Positions 19,392-29,501 of a stretch of DNA of 64,000 nucleotides are shown piece after piece. Numbering within the stretch: position 1 is the first letter of the stretch; every line of letters starts with the position of its first letter. Both the position numbers and the translations under genes were made by a program. The notes beneath the pieces are model-generated. The model saw nothing but the letters and a program-made list of their open reading frames with translations. It did no database searches and had not been told where the DNA came from. The stretch comes from an uncultured delta proteobacterium. GTDB taxonomy: Bacteria; Desulfobacterota; Binatia; Binatales; Binataceae. The stretch spans positions 1,696,001 through 1,760,000 of the forward strand of contig CAWEEQ010000004.1 in the NCBI GenBank assembly GCA_963808235.1, written 5' to 3'.

Positions 19392-21065
19392 TCACGCCTT
19401 CGGATGCGACGCGTGATTGTTTTCCGCAGACTTCGAGCGCGGACGCACGCCGTTGCGCTTGGACGCCGCCGCCTTGCTGCGCGGCTTCACATGATCCTTG
19501 TGCAGCTTGTATTCGACCGAGTCAACCAGCGCCTGCCAGCTCGCCTCGACGACGTTGCTCGAAAGTCCCACCGTGCCCCATCGCCGCTTGCCGTCGGTGG
19601 ATTCGATAAGCACGCGCACTCGCGCCTCGGTGCCCGCGCCGTTGTCCAGCACGCGGACCTTGTAGTCGACGAGTTGCATCGCCTCCAGATTCGGATAGTA
19701 CGGCAACAGCGCGTGCCGCAAAGCGGAATCGAGCGCGTTGACCGGTCCATTGCCAATCGCGGAGTTGCGCGTGCGCGCGCCGTCGGGACCCTCGATCACG
19801 ACCACCGCTTCGCTGAATGGCGCCTGGTCTTCGTGCCACTTGTCGTCGAACACCCGGAAGCTGACGAAATTGAAATGCTCTCTCGTCATCCCGAGCGTCC
19901 GCAGCATCAGGAGTTCGAACGACGCGTCGGCGCCATCGAAGGTATAGCCCTCGGCTTCGAGCCGCTTTAGCTCGTCGAGCAGCAGCGCGATCTTTTCGTT
20001 TGAGGTGTCGAGCTCGAGTCCGAACTCTTTTGCCTTGTACGCGATATTCGCGCGGCCCGACAGCTCCGACAGGACCACCCGCCGATCGTTGCCGAGCAGC
20101 GCCGGGTCGATATGCTCATAGGTGCTCGTATTGCGCTGAATGCCCGAAACGTGAAGCCCGCCCTTGTGCGCAAACGCGCTCCGACCGACGTACGGTTGAC
20201 GCGCGAACGGCGTGATGTTGGCAAGCTCGTAGACCAGGGTCGAGACTTCGCGCATCGTCTTGAGCTTCTGCGGCGGCACGCAATTGTAACCGAGCTTCAA
20301 CTGCAGATTGGCGATCACCGAGACCAGGTTCGCGTTGCCGCATCGCTCGCCGAAGCCGTTGATCGTGCCCTGCACCTGCGAAGCGCCACCGTGCACTCCC
20401 GCGAGCGTGTTGGCGACCGCCACTTCCGAGTCGTTATGACAATGAATCCCGATCGGACAGTTCACCGCTGCACGCGCCGCGATTACGCCGGCTTCGATCT
20501 CATGCGGCAGGCGTCCGCCGTTGGTATCGCAAAGCGCGATCAGCGTGACGCCCGCGTCGGCAACCGCCTTCAGGCACGCGAGCGCATACTCAGGATTATG
20601 GAAATAGCCGTCGAAGAAATGTTCGGCGTCGAAAATCGCCTCGTCGAAGTTTTTGGTCAGGAAGGCGATCGTGTCGTAGAGGATTTCGAGATTCTCGTTG
20701 AGCGGGATTCTGAGCGCCTCACGCACATGCATGTCCCACGTCTTGCCGACCACCGTCGCAACTGGAGTCTCGGCGCGCAGCAGCAGTTGCAGATTGCGAT
20801 CGGCCGAGGCGCGCACTCCGGAACGTCGGGTCGCACCGAACGCCGCGATCTTCGCGTGATGAAGCTTGCTCTTCTTGATCTGCTTGAAAAATGCGGCGTC
20901 GCGCTCGTTCGAGCCCGGCCAGCCGCCCTCGATATAGTCGAAGCCAATCTCGTCGAGACGCTCGGCAATCGTGACCTTGTCCTCGATAGTCAGCGAGACG
21001 TCCTCGGACTGGCATCCATCGCGCAAGGTCGTGTCGTAAACCTGGATATGTTTTGCATCCGCCAT
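19392..21065 (-). CDS. cimA: Citramalate synthase
   Basis: [42 protein letters not shown]. Confidence 0.93.
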   Translation of the reverse strand: MADAKHIQVYDTTLRDGCQSEDVSLTIEDKVTIAERLDEIGFDYIEGGWPGSNERDAAFFKQIKKSKLHHAKIAAFGATRRSGVRASADRNLQLLLRAETPVATVVGKTWDMHVREALRIPLNENLEILYDTIAFLTKNFDEAIFDAEHFFDGYFHNPEYALACLKAVADAGVTLIALCDTNGGRLPHEIEAGVIAARAAVNCPIGIHCHNDSEVAVANTLAGVHGGASQVQGTINGFGERCGNANLVSVIANLQLKLGYNCVPPQKLKTMREVSTLVYELANITPFARQPYVGRSAFAHKGGLHVSGIQRNTSTYEHIDPALLGNDRRVVLSELSGRANIAYKAKEFGLELDTSNEKIALLLDELKRLEAEGYTFDGADASFELLMLRTLGMTREHFNFVSFRVFDDKWHEDQAPFSEAVVVIEGPDGARTRNSAIGNGPVNALDSALRHALLPYYPNLEAMQLVDYKVRVLDNGAGTEARVRVLIESTDGKRRWGTVGLSSNVVEASWQALVDSVEYKLHKDHVKPRSKAAASKRNGVRPRSKSAENNHASHPKA

Positions 21066-21070
21066 CGGAC

Positions 21071-22312
21071 TCAAACGCTCTCCGCCGGCGCAGAGTGAGC
21101 GGCGCCGTTGATAAACGCGTCGTGCAGCGCGCGCATCGCAAGTTCCCCGTACTTCGAGTTGACCACCACCGAGACCTTAATCTCCGAGGTCGAAATCATC
21201 TCGATATTAATCCGTTCCGTCGCCAGCACCTGGAACATTTTCGCCGCGACTCCGGCATGGGTTCGCATCCCGACTCCCACCACCGAGACCTTGGCGACCT
21301 GGTCCTGATGCCGCACGCCCGCCGCGCCGACTTCGCGCTCGATCGCGGTCATGAGTTGGAGCGCGCCGCGCAAGTCTTCCCGGCCTACGGTAAAGGTCAT
21401 GTCGGTGCGGCCGTCGGCACTGGCGTTCTGGATAATCATGTCCACCACGATTCCGGCTTCCGCGATCGGGCCGAAAATCCGCGCCGCGAGACCGGGCCGA
21501 TCCTCGACGCCGGCAACCGTGATCTTGCTCTGGTTCTGATCGAGCGTAACTCCCGAAACGAGCACATCCTCCATGGACAAATCCTCTTTGCCGACCCACG
21601 TTCCCGCGGCTTCGTGGAAGCTCGAGCGGACGACGAGCGGCACATTGTAACGGCGGGCAAGTTCAACCGAGCGAGTCTGCAGGACCTTCGCCCCGAGTCC
21701 GGCCATCTCGAGCATCTCATCGTATGAGATGCGCCCGAGCTTTCGCGCTTTCGGACAAACATTGGGATCGGCAGTATAGACGCCGTCGACGTCGGTGTAG
21801 ATTTCGCACGCGTCGGCTTTCAGAGCGGCTGCGAGCGCGACCGCGGTAAGGTCCGACGCGCCGCGCCCAAGCGTCGTGATATCGCCCTCGGAATTCACGC
21901 CCTGGTAGCCCGCCACCACAACGATTTGGCCCTCGCCGAGTGCGCGCATGATTCGATCGCACTGCACCGACTTGATTCGCGCGCGGCCATGATTCGAATC
22001 GGTCGCAAGGTTCATTTGAAATGCAAGAAACGAAACTGTCCGATGGCCCATCGATTGGAGCCGGATCGCGAGCAGCGCGGCCGAGACCTGCTCTCCGGTC
22101 GCGACCAGCATGTCAGTCTCGCGCGCATCGGGCGTCTCGCTGAGCTCGCTTGCCATCTTGAATAGCCGGTTGGTCTCACCGGCCATCGCGGAAACGACGA
22201 CGACCAGCGAATCGCCGCGCTCGCGCGATTTGGCCGCGCGCTCGGCGACGGCCTTGATCCGCTCGATCGAGCCGACCGAAGTCCCGCCGTATTTTTGAAC
22301 AATCAACGCCAT
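21071..22312 (-). CDS. lysC: Aspartate kinase
   Basis: VQKYGGTSV, TTLGRGASD, two ACT domains, ISTSEIKVS. Confidence 0.96.
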   Translation of the reverse strand: MALIVQKYGGTSVGSIERIKAVAERAAKSRERGDSLVVVVSAMAGETNRLFKMASELSETPDARETDMLVATGEQVSAALLAIRLQSMGHRTVSFLAFQMNLATDSNHGRARIKSVQCDRIMRALGEGQIVVVAGYQGVNSEGDITTLGRGASDLTAVALAAALKADACEIYTDVDGVYTADPNVCPKARKLGRISYDEMLEMAGLGAKVLQTRSVELARRYNVPLVVRSSFHEAAGTWVGKEDLSMEDVLVSGVTLDQNQSKITVAGVEDRPGLAARIFGPIAEAGIVVDMIIQNASADGRTDMTFTVGREDLRGALQLMTAIEREVGAAGVRHQDQVAKVSVVGVGMRTHAGVAAKMFQVLATERINIEMISTSEIKVSVVVNSKYGELAMRALHDAFINGAAHSAPAESV

Positions 22313-22406
22313 CGAAAACGGCCCAATCCCTTGAGAAATTGGGGTAATCGATAATTATGAGCGGAAACAGGGGCTCAAACCAGCCCCCTCTCGCGGAGGT
22401 AGTGTC

Positions 22407-22757
22407 CTAATTTGACTTCCAGCCGCCTTTTGCGCCGTCGAAGTGGTGCACGCGTGCATGCGCTACGACCTCCGGAGTCATCAGCCGCGCATTTACGCCC
22501 ATGCGGTTGTACGTTTTGTCCGCCGCTTCCCAATGGGTAACGCAGCCGCATCGCTTGCAGCGATGAAATTCCAAGATCCTCCGACCCCACATGTAGATGT
22601 CGGTCTCGTCTTTCGTTACTTGCACTTCTTTGGGCGAATAGTAGGCCCAGAGTGCGCCGTAGCGTCGGCAGATGGTGCAATTGCAATCCGTTACCTCTTC
22701 CGGAGCGCGACTAGTCTCAAAACGCACTGCGCCGCAATGGCACGAGGCCTCGATCAT
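22407..22757 (-). CDS. GFA/CENP-V family protein
   Basis: CHCGAV, CNCTIC, CKRCG zinc motifs. Confidence 0.92.
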   Translation of the reverse strand: MIEASCHCGAVRFETSRAPEEVTDCNCTICRRYGALWAYYSPKEVQVTKDETDIYMWGRRILEFHRCKRCGCVTHWEAADKTYNRMGVNARLMTPEVVAHARVHHFDGAKGGWKSN

Positions 22758-22804
22758 TTCGTTGGCCACTTTAGTCTCCTTCACTCCGCATGCATCCCTC
22801 TGCA

Positions 22805-22965
22805 ATCAATTCGCCGACCGACCATAGCCGATCCGTCACGCCAGCGGCCATCGCGGGCGCGCAGCGTAGCGATTCGTGGACGCTGCAGAAATTGTAGAAC
22901 GCGATCCAAGGCGCGACAGCGGCACGGTGGTTTTGGAGTTTTCTGGGAAATCCATTCGTCAATGA
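22805..22965 (-). pseudogene. C-terminal remnant of an IS1-like DDE transposase
   Basis: LTNGFPRKLQNHRAAVAPWIAFYNFCSVHESLRCAPAMAAGVTDRLWSVGEL resembles the RLTNAFSKK..NH...YNFCR.H..L..TPAMAAG transposase C-terminus; no N-terminal part present. Confidence 0.75.
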
Positions 22966-23542
22966 AGCCGCGCTCGCGTTCCGGAAAAAGAAAGGCACGC
23001 GGTGGCTTCACCATGAGGGCATATTTGCCAAGCGTGCCTTCGGCTCCACGGGGAGTGTGTAGCCGACGATCCTTTTTTAGCCAACGCGCGCGGTAGCCGC
23101 CAATCCAATTAGGTTCCTTTCGTTACACCGCATGCAGATTGATTTATTCCGCCCGTTTCCGTCCCGGCAAATAGCACCGCGTGTTCTAATGACGCTACCA
23201 GTGCTAGGCGGGGCTGAAATGACGACAGTGCCCCTCCTGGACCGGGACTCGCGAACCTGCGTGCGGTTTCGATTCCTCGATCTTGCGCCCGTCCTACTGT
23301 TTTTTGGGGACTTGCCACAAGTGTGCGAAATTCGTACAGTTTGTATGGGTCCATCGTGGTCCGAGCGCCAGTGGGTCGGTTAGCCCCCCTTTTCCGATCT
23401 GCTGGCGCTTCCTTTTTCCGATTGTCCAGACTTTTCGTGTTCGCTGTCGCCGCCCTCCCTCCCAAGGCTGGCGTGATGCCGTAACGTTTGCTCGCGTCGG
23501 ATGTTGTATAGATGAGCCTCACGCTCACGCGGAGATAAAACG

Positions 23543-23887
23543 ATGCCTTTCATCGACACTCGCGAATTGAAGACCATCGAGCGCCTCCCCGGTTGGAAGG
23601 GCCGCTATTTCGACTCGAACAACATGACCTTCGGGCATTACGTGTTTGAATCAGGTGCGACGATCCACGAGCACTCGCATCTGAACGAGGAAGTCTGGAA
23701 CGTCGTCGAGGGTCAGCTTGAAGTGACGATCGGCGGCGAGGCGCGGATCGCCGGTCCCGGGTGTGTCGCGATCGTGCCGCCCAACACCCTTCACTCCGTG
23801 CGAGCGATCAGTGACGGGCGCGCGATAGTCGTGGACCATCCGCTGCGCGCGGAGATGGGCGGGAACAAAGCAGCAGAGTCAAAATAG
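23543..23887 (+). CDS. Cupin domain protein
   Basis: HEHSHLNEEVWNVVEG ... IVPPNTLHSV. Confidence 0.92.
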   Translation: MPFIDTRELKTIERLPGWKGRYFDSNNMTFGHYVFESGATIHEHSHLNEEVWNVVEGQLEVTIGGEARIAGPGCVAIVPPNTLHSVRAISDGRAIVVDHPLRAEMGGNKAAESK

Positions 23888-23897
23888 GCCATCCATC

Positions 23898-24164
23898 ATG
23901 AAGACACGCCACGCAGCCGCGCTCGCGCTTGTGGGCTGGTATCTGATGATCCCGCCTCAGACCAGCCATGATCAGCAGACGTTCGACGATCATGCGCCAC
24001 TCGCTAGCTGGTTCGTATTCAGCGCTCACGACGCCGCTCACGAATGCGAAGGAGCGAAGTTTTTGAATCGCGAAGCGCACAAGCAGAGCGGAGATCCGAT
24101 GAAGGCCGCGCTGGACTCGGCGCAATGTATCGCGACCGACGATCCGCGTCTGAAGGGCAAGTAG
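23898..24164 (+). CDS. Small exported hypothetical protein (RHAAALALVGWYLM...CIATDDPRLK type)
   Basis: 88-aa ORF filling the gap between the cupin gene and tsaE; hydrophobic N-terminus; two Cys. Confidence 0.8.
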   Translation: MKTRHAAALALVGWYLMIPPQTSHDQQTFDDHAPLASWFVFSAHDAAHECEGAKFLNREAHKQSGDPMKAALDSAQCIATDDPRLKGK

Positions 24165-24168
24165 ACGC

Positions 24169-24672
24169 TCAGGCGAAGCGGAGCTTCAACTTGGAAATAA
24201 TCTCGGCGTGACGACCGCCGCTCGCGCTGAACTCGATCCGACGCAAGTTCGCGCCCGCGTAGCTGATTCTCACCGACAGATAGTCCATCCCGGACCCTTC
24301 GCGCAGGCGCTCGAACCATTCGACCGCCGCGATCCCCTCGGAGAACAGGTACTCGCGAAGGCCCAAGTCGTCCAGACCGACCGTGTCGAGGCGGTAGAGA
24401 TCGATGTGGAATAGCGGCAAGCGCCCATGATGCTCCTGGATCATCGTGAAGGTCGGGCTCAGGATATCTTCCTCGCGCAGCATGAGCCCGCGCGCGAGAC
24501 CCTTGATGAAGCAGGTCTTGCCCGCGCCCAGATCGCCGATAAGCCCGAGCAGCTCGCCGCCTTCGAGGATCGAGGCAAGCCGCCGTCCCCACGATTTGGT
24601 CTCGTGAGGCGAATGGCTCTCGATGATCAGCGTGATCAGCGCTGCTCCGGATTGCGTTGCGGCATTAGCCAT
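24169..24672 (-). CDS. tsaE: tRNA threonylcarbamoyladenosine biosynthesis ATPase
   Basis: GDLGAGKT, SPTF, HIDLYRL, VEW. Confidence 0.96.
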   Translation of the reverse strand: MANAATQSGAALITLIIESHSPHETKSWGRRLASILEGGELLGLIGDLGAGKTCFIKGLARGLMLREEDILSPTFTMIQEHHGRLPLFHIDLYRLDTVGLDDLGLREYLFSEGIAAVEWFERLREGSGMDYLSVRISYAGANLRRIEFSASGGRHAEIISKLKLRFA

Positions 24673-24705
24673 TTCAATTACTCAGTCGATTATATGGTAG
24701 CGCAA

Positions 24706-26262
24706 CTATCGCGATAGTGCTTCCAGTGCCGCAGGCAGCTCGTCGATTAGATCGCCCGCGATATAGCCGACGTGGCCCATCCTCGCCGCAACCCGATCCG
24801 CCGCGTGCCCGTGCACGAAAACGCCGAGCGCGAGCGCGTCGAGCGGTGCCATGCCCCGCGCCAGCATCGCACCGACGATGCCCGAGAGCGCATCGCCCAT
24901 CCCGGGCGTGGACATCCCGGGGTTTCCGCTCGAGTTGACGTAGATGTCGCCGCTCGGCGACGCGATTACTGAGTGCGCCCCCTTGATCAACACCGTCGCG
25001 CCGGTGCGCTCGGCCAATCGACGCGCCGCGGTGATCCGATCGTCGTTAATGACTTCGCTAGTCACGTCGAGCAAGCGCGCGGCTTCTCCCGGATGAGGCG
25101 TCAGGACGACCGCGCCTCGCGCTCGTTTGGCGGTCTCGCATCCAAGCTCCGCGAGCGCATTCAGCCCGTCAGCGTCGAGCAGCAATGGCCGCGCTACTTC
25201 GCACGCGTCGACGAGCAGCCATTCGACGAGTCGCCGCGTATCGTCGCTAACGCCGATTCCGGGACCCGCGATCAGCGCGCTCTTGCCCGCCAGGATCATC
25301 TTCAATGCGTCCGGCGCGTGACCACCATCAAAGTGCCCGTCGCGATCGGCGACCGGCTCGGTCATCAGCTCGGCCTGTCCGGCGGCGACGATCGACGCCA
25401 CCGTTTCCGGGACCGCAGCCGTGACGAGACCCGCGCCGGTCCTGAGCGCCGCACGCGAAGCGAGAAGTGCTGCGCCCGATTTTCCGCGCGCGCCGGCGAT
25501 TACCAGCGGATGCCCAAACATTCCCTTGTGCGAGTTCTCCCCACGCGGGCTCAGAAGATGGCGAATGTCCGCGCGCTCGAGGAATCGGCCGCGCGGAGCT
25601 ATCTCTTCGATCGCATGCGCGGCGAAACCGATATCGACGACGCGCAACTCGCCTGCGCACTCCGCGCCGGGGTACGAAACGTGGCCGAACTTTGCGAAGC
25701 CGAACGTAACGGTCAATGCCGCGCGGACTGCCGCGCCCATGATTGCTCCGCTGTCGGCGTTCACTCCCGACGCGATATCGACTGCTACGATCGGAACTCC
25801 AAATGACTCGACAATTTCGATCGCGCGGCGCGATGCACCCTTAACTTCGGCGTTGAGTCCGGTCCCGAAGATCGCGTCGATAACAGCGCTGGGCGCCCTT
25901 CCGAGCGCTACTCTTTCGAGAGCCTCCGCGTCGCCCGCCTCGATCACTTCGCCGCCCGACGCCATGAAATCCGCATGCGCGCGAGCTGCGTCGCCCTTCA
26001 AATCGGCCACGCGTCCGAGCACCGCCGTCCTCACCCCGAAGCCGTCGCGCATCAGGCGACGCGCCGCGACCAATCCGTCGCCACCGTTATTGCCCTTGCC
26101 CGCGACGACCAGAACGTCGGTCGTCGATTCAGGAAATCGCTCGACCAATGCGTCCGCGACCGCCTCGCCCGCGCGCGTCATCAGGGAGTACGACGCGATG
26201 CCGTATTTTTCCTGGCTGATACGATCGAGTTCGCGGCTTTCGGCGGCGTTGAGCAAAATCAT
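24706..26262 (-). CDS. nnr: Bifunctional NAD(P)H-hydrate epimerase/dehydratase
   Basis: GKGNNGGDG, DAIFGTG, LDADGLN, LTPHPGE, GMGDALSG. Confidence 0.95.
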   Translation of the reverse strand: MILLNAAESRELDRISQEKYGIASYSLMTRAGEAVADALVERFPESTTDVLVVAGKGNNGGDGLVAARRLMRDGFGVRTAVLGRVADLKGDAARAHADFMASGGEVIEAGDAEALERVALGRAPSAVIDAIFGTGLNAEVKGASRRAIEIVESFGVPIVAVDIASGVNADSGAIMGAAVRAALTVTFGFAKFGHVSYPGAECAGELRVVDIGFAAHAIEEIAPRGRFLERADIRHLLSPRGENSHKGMFGHPLVIAGARGKSGAALLASRAALRTGAGLVTAAVPETVASIVAAGQAELMTEPVADRDGHFDGGHAPDALKMILAGKSALIAGPGIGVSDDTRRLVEWLLVDACEVARPLLLDADGLNALAELGCETAKRARGAVVLTPHPGEAARLLDVTSEVINDDRITAARRLAERTGATVLIKGAHSVIASPSGDIYVNSSGNPGMSTPGMGDALSGIVGAMLARGMAPLDALALGVFVHGHAADRVAARMGHVGYIAGDLIDELPAALEALSR

Positions 26263-26360
26263 CGTCAGTAGTCCCGGTAAAAATATTACACCATGATCGC
26301 GACTCACGAATGCCCATGACGCTGGACTGGTTCATTCGCTCTGCTAGCCTCGATGTCTAA

Positions 26361-27134
26361 ATGATTCGGCTCAGCGTCAACGTCAACAAAGTTGCACTCT
26401 TAAGGAATGCACGCGGCGGAAATCTTCCCGACGTGGTTACCGCGGCGCGCGCCTGCATATCCGCCGGATGCCACGGGATAACGGTTCATCCGCGTCCCGA
26501 CGCGCGGCATATCACTTTTCGCGACGTTTTCGATCTCGCCGCGATGCTGACCGTCGAATTCAATATCGAAGGCTACCCGAGCGCCGAGTTTCTCGACCTG
26601 GTGGTCAAAGTGCGGCCGACCCAGGCGACGCTGGTGCCCGACGCTCCCACTGTGCTGACCTCGAATGCGGGATGGAATCTGAGCGCCGGCGCCGATTGGC
26701 TGCGCGACGTGCTCGCGCGACTGCGCGACGCGGGCATCCGAACCAGTCTCTTCATGGAGCCCGACCCCCATCAAATCAGGCGCGCGCAGAAACTCGGCGC
26801 GGATCGGATCGAGCTATACACCGGCCCGTACGCCGCCGCTTTCGGCACCCCCGGCGGCAACAAGATTCTCACGGCGCATCGCGAGGCGGCGCATCTCGCA
26901 CGCGAAATCGGACTCGGCGTCAACGCCGGCCACGATCTCGATCTCGTCAACATCCCGGCGTATGCGCGCGCGGTCAAAGGCTTGCAGGAAGTCTCGATCG
27001 GCCACGCGCTGATCAGCGACGCGCTTTACATGGGCCTGACGCGCACGGTGAAGGCGTATCTGAAGGCGCTGGGCTCAACGCCGCCCGGTGGCGCGAAGCT
27101 CGAACGGGTGAGACGACCTCGTCTACTTAATTGA
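26361..27134 (+). CDS. pdxJ: Pyridoxine 5'-phosphate synthase
   Basis: LSVNVNKVALLRNAR, GITVHPRPDARHI, NAGHDL, EVSIGHALI. Confidence 0.96.
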   Translation: MIRLSVNVNKVALLRNARGGNLPDVVTAARACISAGCHGITVHPRPDARHITFRDVFDLAAMLTVEFNIEGYPSAEFLDLVVKVRPTQATLVPDAPTVLTSNAGWNLSAGADWLRDVLARLRDAGIRTSLFMEPDPHQIRRAQKLGADRIELYTGPYAAAFGTPGGNKILTAHREAAHLAREIGLGVNAGHDLDLVNIPAYARAVKGLQEVSIGHALISDALYMGLTRTVKAYLKALGSTPPGGAKLERVRRPRLLN

Positions 27135-27155
27135 AATTGATCCGGATCGATCCGG

Positions 27156-28523
27156 TCAGAGCACGCCGGCAGATTTGCGGATCGCGGCGCCGATTTCATC
27201 GGCCATCGTTTTGATCTGGCCGGCGTCCTCGCCCTCGACCATCACCCGCGCCATCATCTCGGTTCCGGAATATCGCACCAGCAGACGGCCACACCCCGCG
27301 AGCCGGCGCTCTGCGTCGGCGATGATTCGCTGCACGTCGGGCATCTCGCCGAGCGGCACGCGTTGGCGGACGCGCACGTTCTCGAGGACCTGGGGCACGC
27401 GGCGCATCGCGCGCAGCTCGCTAAGCGGGCGGCCGCTCTCGGAGAGCATCGCCAGCACCATCAACGCGCTGATAAGGCCGTCGCCAGTGGTGGAATGATC
27501 CATGAAGATCACGTGGCCCGACTGCTCGCCGCCGAGATTGTAGGAATTGAGCCGCATCTCCCGCGCCACTGCGGGATCGCCGACTTCGGTGCGGACCAGG
27601 CGCACGCCCGCGTCGCGCAGGGCGATTTCGAGTCCGAAGTTGCTCATCACGGTCGCGACCACGGCGTTGCCGGCGAGCTTGCCGTCGGCGGAGAGCTTGC
27701 GCCCGAGCATCGCCATAACGTCGTCGCCGTCGTACACTTCGCCGCGTTCATCGATCAGCATCACACGATCGCCGTCGCCGTCGAGCGCGATACCGACGTT
27801 TGCATGCTCGCGGAGAACCGTTTCGCGAATCAGGTCCAGGTGCACCGCGCCGCAATTCAAGTTGATATTCTTGCCGTCGGGATCGACCGCGACCGCGACC
27901 ACGTCGGCGCCCAACTCCTCGAGTGCATCGGGCCCCACCTTGTAGGCCGCGCCGTTGGCGCAGTCTATCGCGATCTTGAGCCCGTCCAGTCCAGCGTTGC
28001 GCGGCAGGCAGTTCTTGAGGAACACCAGGTATCGTCCGAGGGCGTCATCGATCCTGGTGGCCTTGCCGATGTCGTCGGCGCGGGCGCGATACTTCGCTAT
28101 GTCCGCATCGTCGAATACCAGCTCTTCGATGCGCTGCTCGGTCTCGTCGTCGAGCTTGAATCCCTCGCGCGAGAAAAATTTTATTCCGTTGTCCTGGAAG
28201 GGATTGTGCGAGGCTGAGATCACCACGCCCGCGTCGGCGCGCATGCTGCGGGTCAGAAACGCAATTGCCGGAGTGGGCAACGGACCCACCAGCCAGACAT
28301 CCACGCCCATCGAGCAAATCCCCGATTCCAGCGCGGTTTCGAGCATGTAGCCCGAGAGCCGCGTATCCTTTCCGATCAAAATGCGGCGATGACGCCCCGC
28401 GTTGTTTCGGAATACGTATGCGAGCGCCCGGCCGAGCCGAAGGGCGGTTTCAGAAGTAATCGGCTCCTGGTTGGCGACTCCGCGGACGCCGTCGGTGCCG
28501 AACAATTTACGATGGGTGCTCAT
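27156..28523 (-). CDS. glmM: Phosphoglucosamine mutase
   Basis: FGTDGVRG, ISASHNP, DGDGDR, GGEQSGH. Confidence 0.97.
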   Translation of the reverse strand: MSTHRKLFGTDGVRGVANQEPITSETALRLGRALAYVFRNNAGRHRRILIGKDTRLSGYMLETALESGICSMGVDVWLVGPLPTPAIAFLTRSMRADAGVVISASHNPFQDNGIKFFSREGFKLDDETEQRIEELVFDDADIAKYRARADDIGKATRIDDALGRYLVFLKNCLPRNAGLDGLKIAIDCANGAAYKVGPDALEELGADVVAVAVDPDGKNINLNCGAVHLDLIRETVLREHANVGIALDGDGDRVMLIDERGEVYDGDDVMAMLGRKLSADGKLAGNAVVATVMSNFGLEIALRDAGVRLVRTEVGDPAVAREMRLNSYNLGGEQSGHVIFMDHSTTGDGLISALMVLAMLSESGRPLSELRAMRRVPQVLENVRVRQRVPLGEMPDVQRIIADAERRLAGCGRLLVRYSGTEMMARVMVEGEDAGQIKTMADEIGAAIRKSAGVL

Positions 28524-29490
28524 CGCCGCTGGTGACTAGCCTCTCCCGATACATCCTGAGTCTAACCTTGTCAGGCGACTGGCGCACCAACTGCATCCCC
28601 TTGGGCAGCGCGACCTGCAAAGGCAATTCGTGCGAGCCTGGCTCCAGGCCATCGGCATCCACGTAGGCGAGGCCCTTGGCGTCAAGCGTTGCGAGGCGAG
28701 TCGCGGGGCCACGAATCGTCAGCGTTGCCTGTTTGGGATCGACTCGAAACTTGAAGTCGCTGTCCTTGACCTGAACCTCGATCGCGCGGAATTCGCGATC
28801 GGTGATCATTTCCGAGACACTCACCTTTGCCTGCACGCGACCGGTGGAGAGTCCTACCGCTGGATCGGGCGGCGCGATACCTACCGTTCGGTTGGCGTCC
28901 GTGCTCAGGCCGTGCAGATCGAACGGCTCGGTGCCGATCGAGGTAAGCGGAGCGACGAAGCGGCTCGGGCCCATCGCAGTCACGCTCGGGGGGGTAATCT
29001 CGACTGACGAGATCTCATAGCCCGGCGCGACCTTGCGTTCGACCGAAAGATGGACCGGCAACTCACGAGTGATGTTGTGATCGATATCGAGCGCGAGTTG
29101 ATCGGGCGAGATGCTGGTTACGGTGGTCCCGCGCTTCGTGTTGAACATCGCGGGGAAGATCTTGAACTCCGACTGGCCGAAGGCGACTCCGGACAGGTCG
29201 AGCTTGAGCGTCATCTGTTCCGGATTCATAAGCGACAGAATCGTCCGCGGGCCGGAGACTTCAATTTTCACAAAATCGGGCGGATGATTCATGATCACCA
29301 TATCGGGCGGAAGCAGGCGGTAACTGATCGGGACGGTGAGCGACTCGACCGAGCCCTGCTCGCCGGCATTGACGAATACCCAGAGTCCCAGCGCGAGCAT
29401 CAGCGCCAGGAGGCGAAGGCCGGCGTTGCTAACGCGGAGCCGCGGCGCTCCACGAATCGCGAATGGCCTCATGAACTTCCCGAGTTTCAT
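28507..29490 (-). CDS. cdaR: CdaR/YbbR-like regulator of diadenylate cyclase
   Basis: N-terminal TM (LLALMLALGLWVFV), YbbR-like repeats, position between cdaA and glmM. Confidence 0.85.
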   Translation of the reverse strand: MKLGKFMRPFAIRGAPRLRVSNAGLRLLALMLALGLWVFVNAGEQGSVESLTVPISYRLLPPDMVIMNHPPDFVKIEVSGPRTILSLMNPEQMTLKLDLSGVAFGQSEFKIFPAMFNTKRGTTVTSISPDQLALDIDHNITRELPVHLSVERKVAPGYEISSVEITPPSVTAMGPSRFVAPLTSIGTEPFDLHGLSTDANRTVGIAPPDPAVGLSTGRVQAKVSVSEMITDREFRAIEVQVKDSDFKFRVDPKQATLTIRGPATRLATLDAKGLAYVDADGLEPGSHELPLQVALPKGMQLVRQSPDKVRLRMYRERLVTSGDEHPS

Positions 29491-29501
29491 TTTGCGCGGC
29501 C

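Noticed and set aside
23109-23577. Intact genes in the spacer upstream of the cupin
   Set aside because: Atypical composition and no coherent domain; at most a degraded KGG-like remnant.
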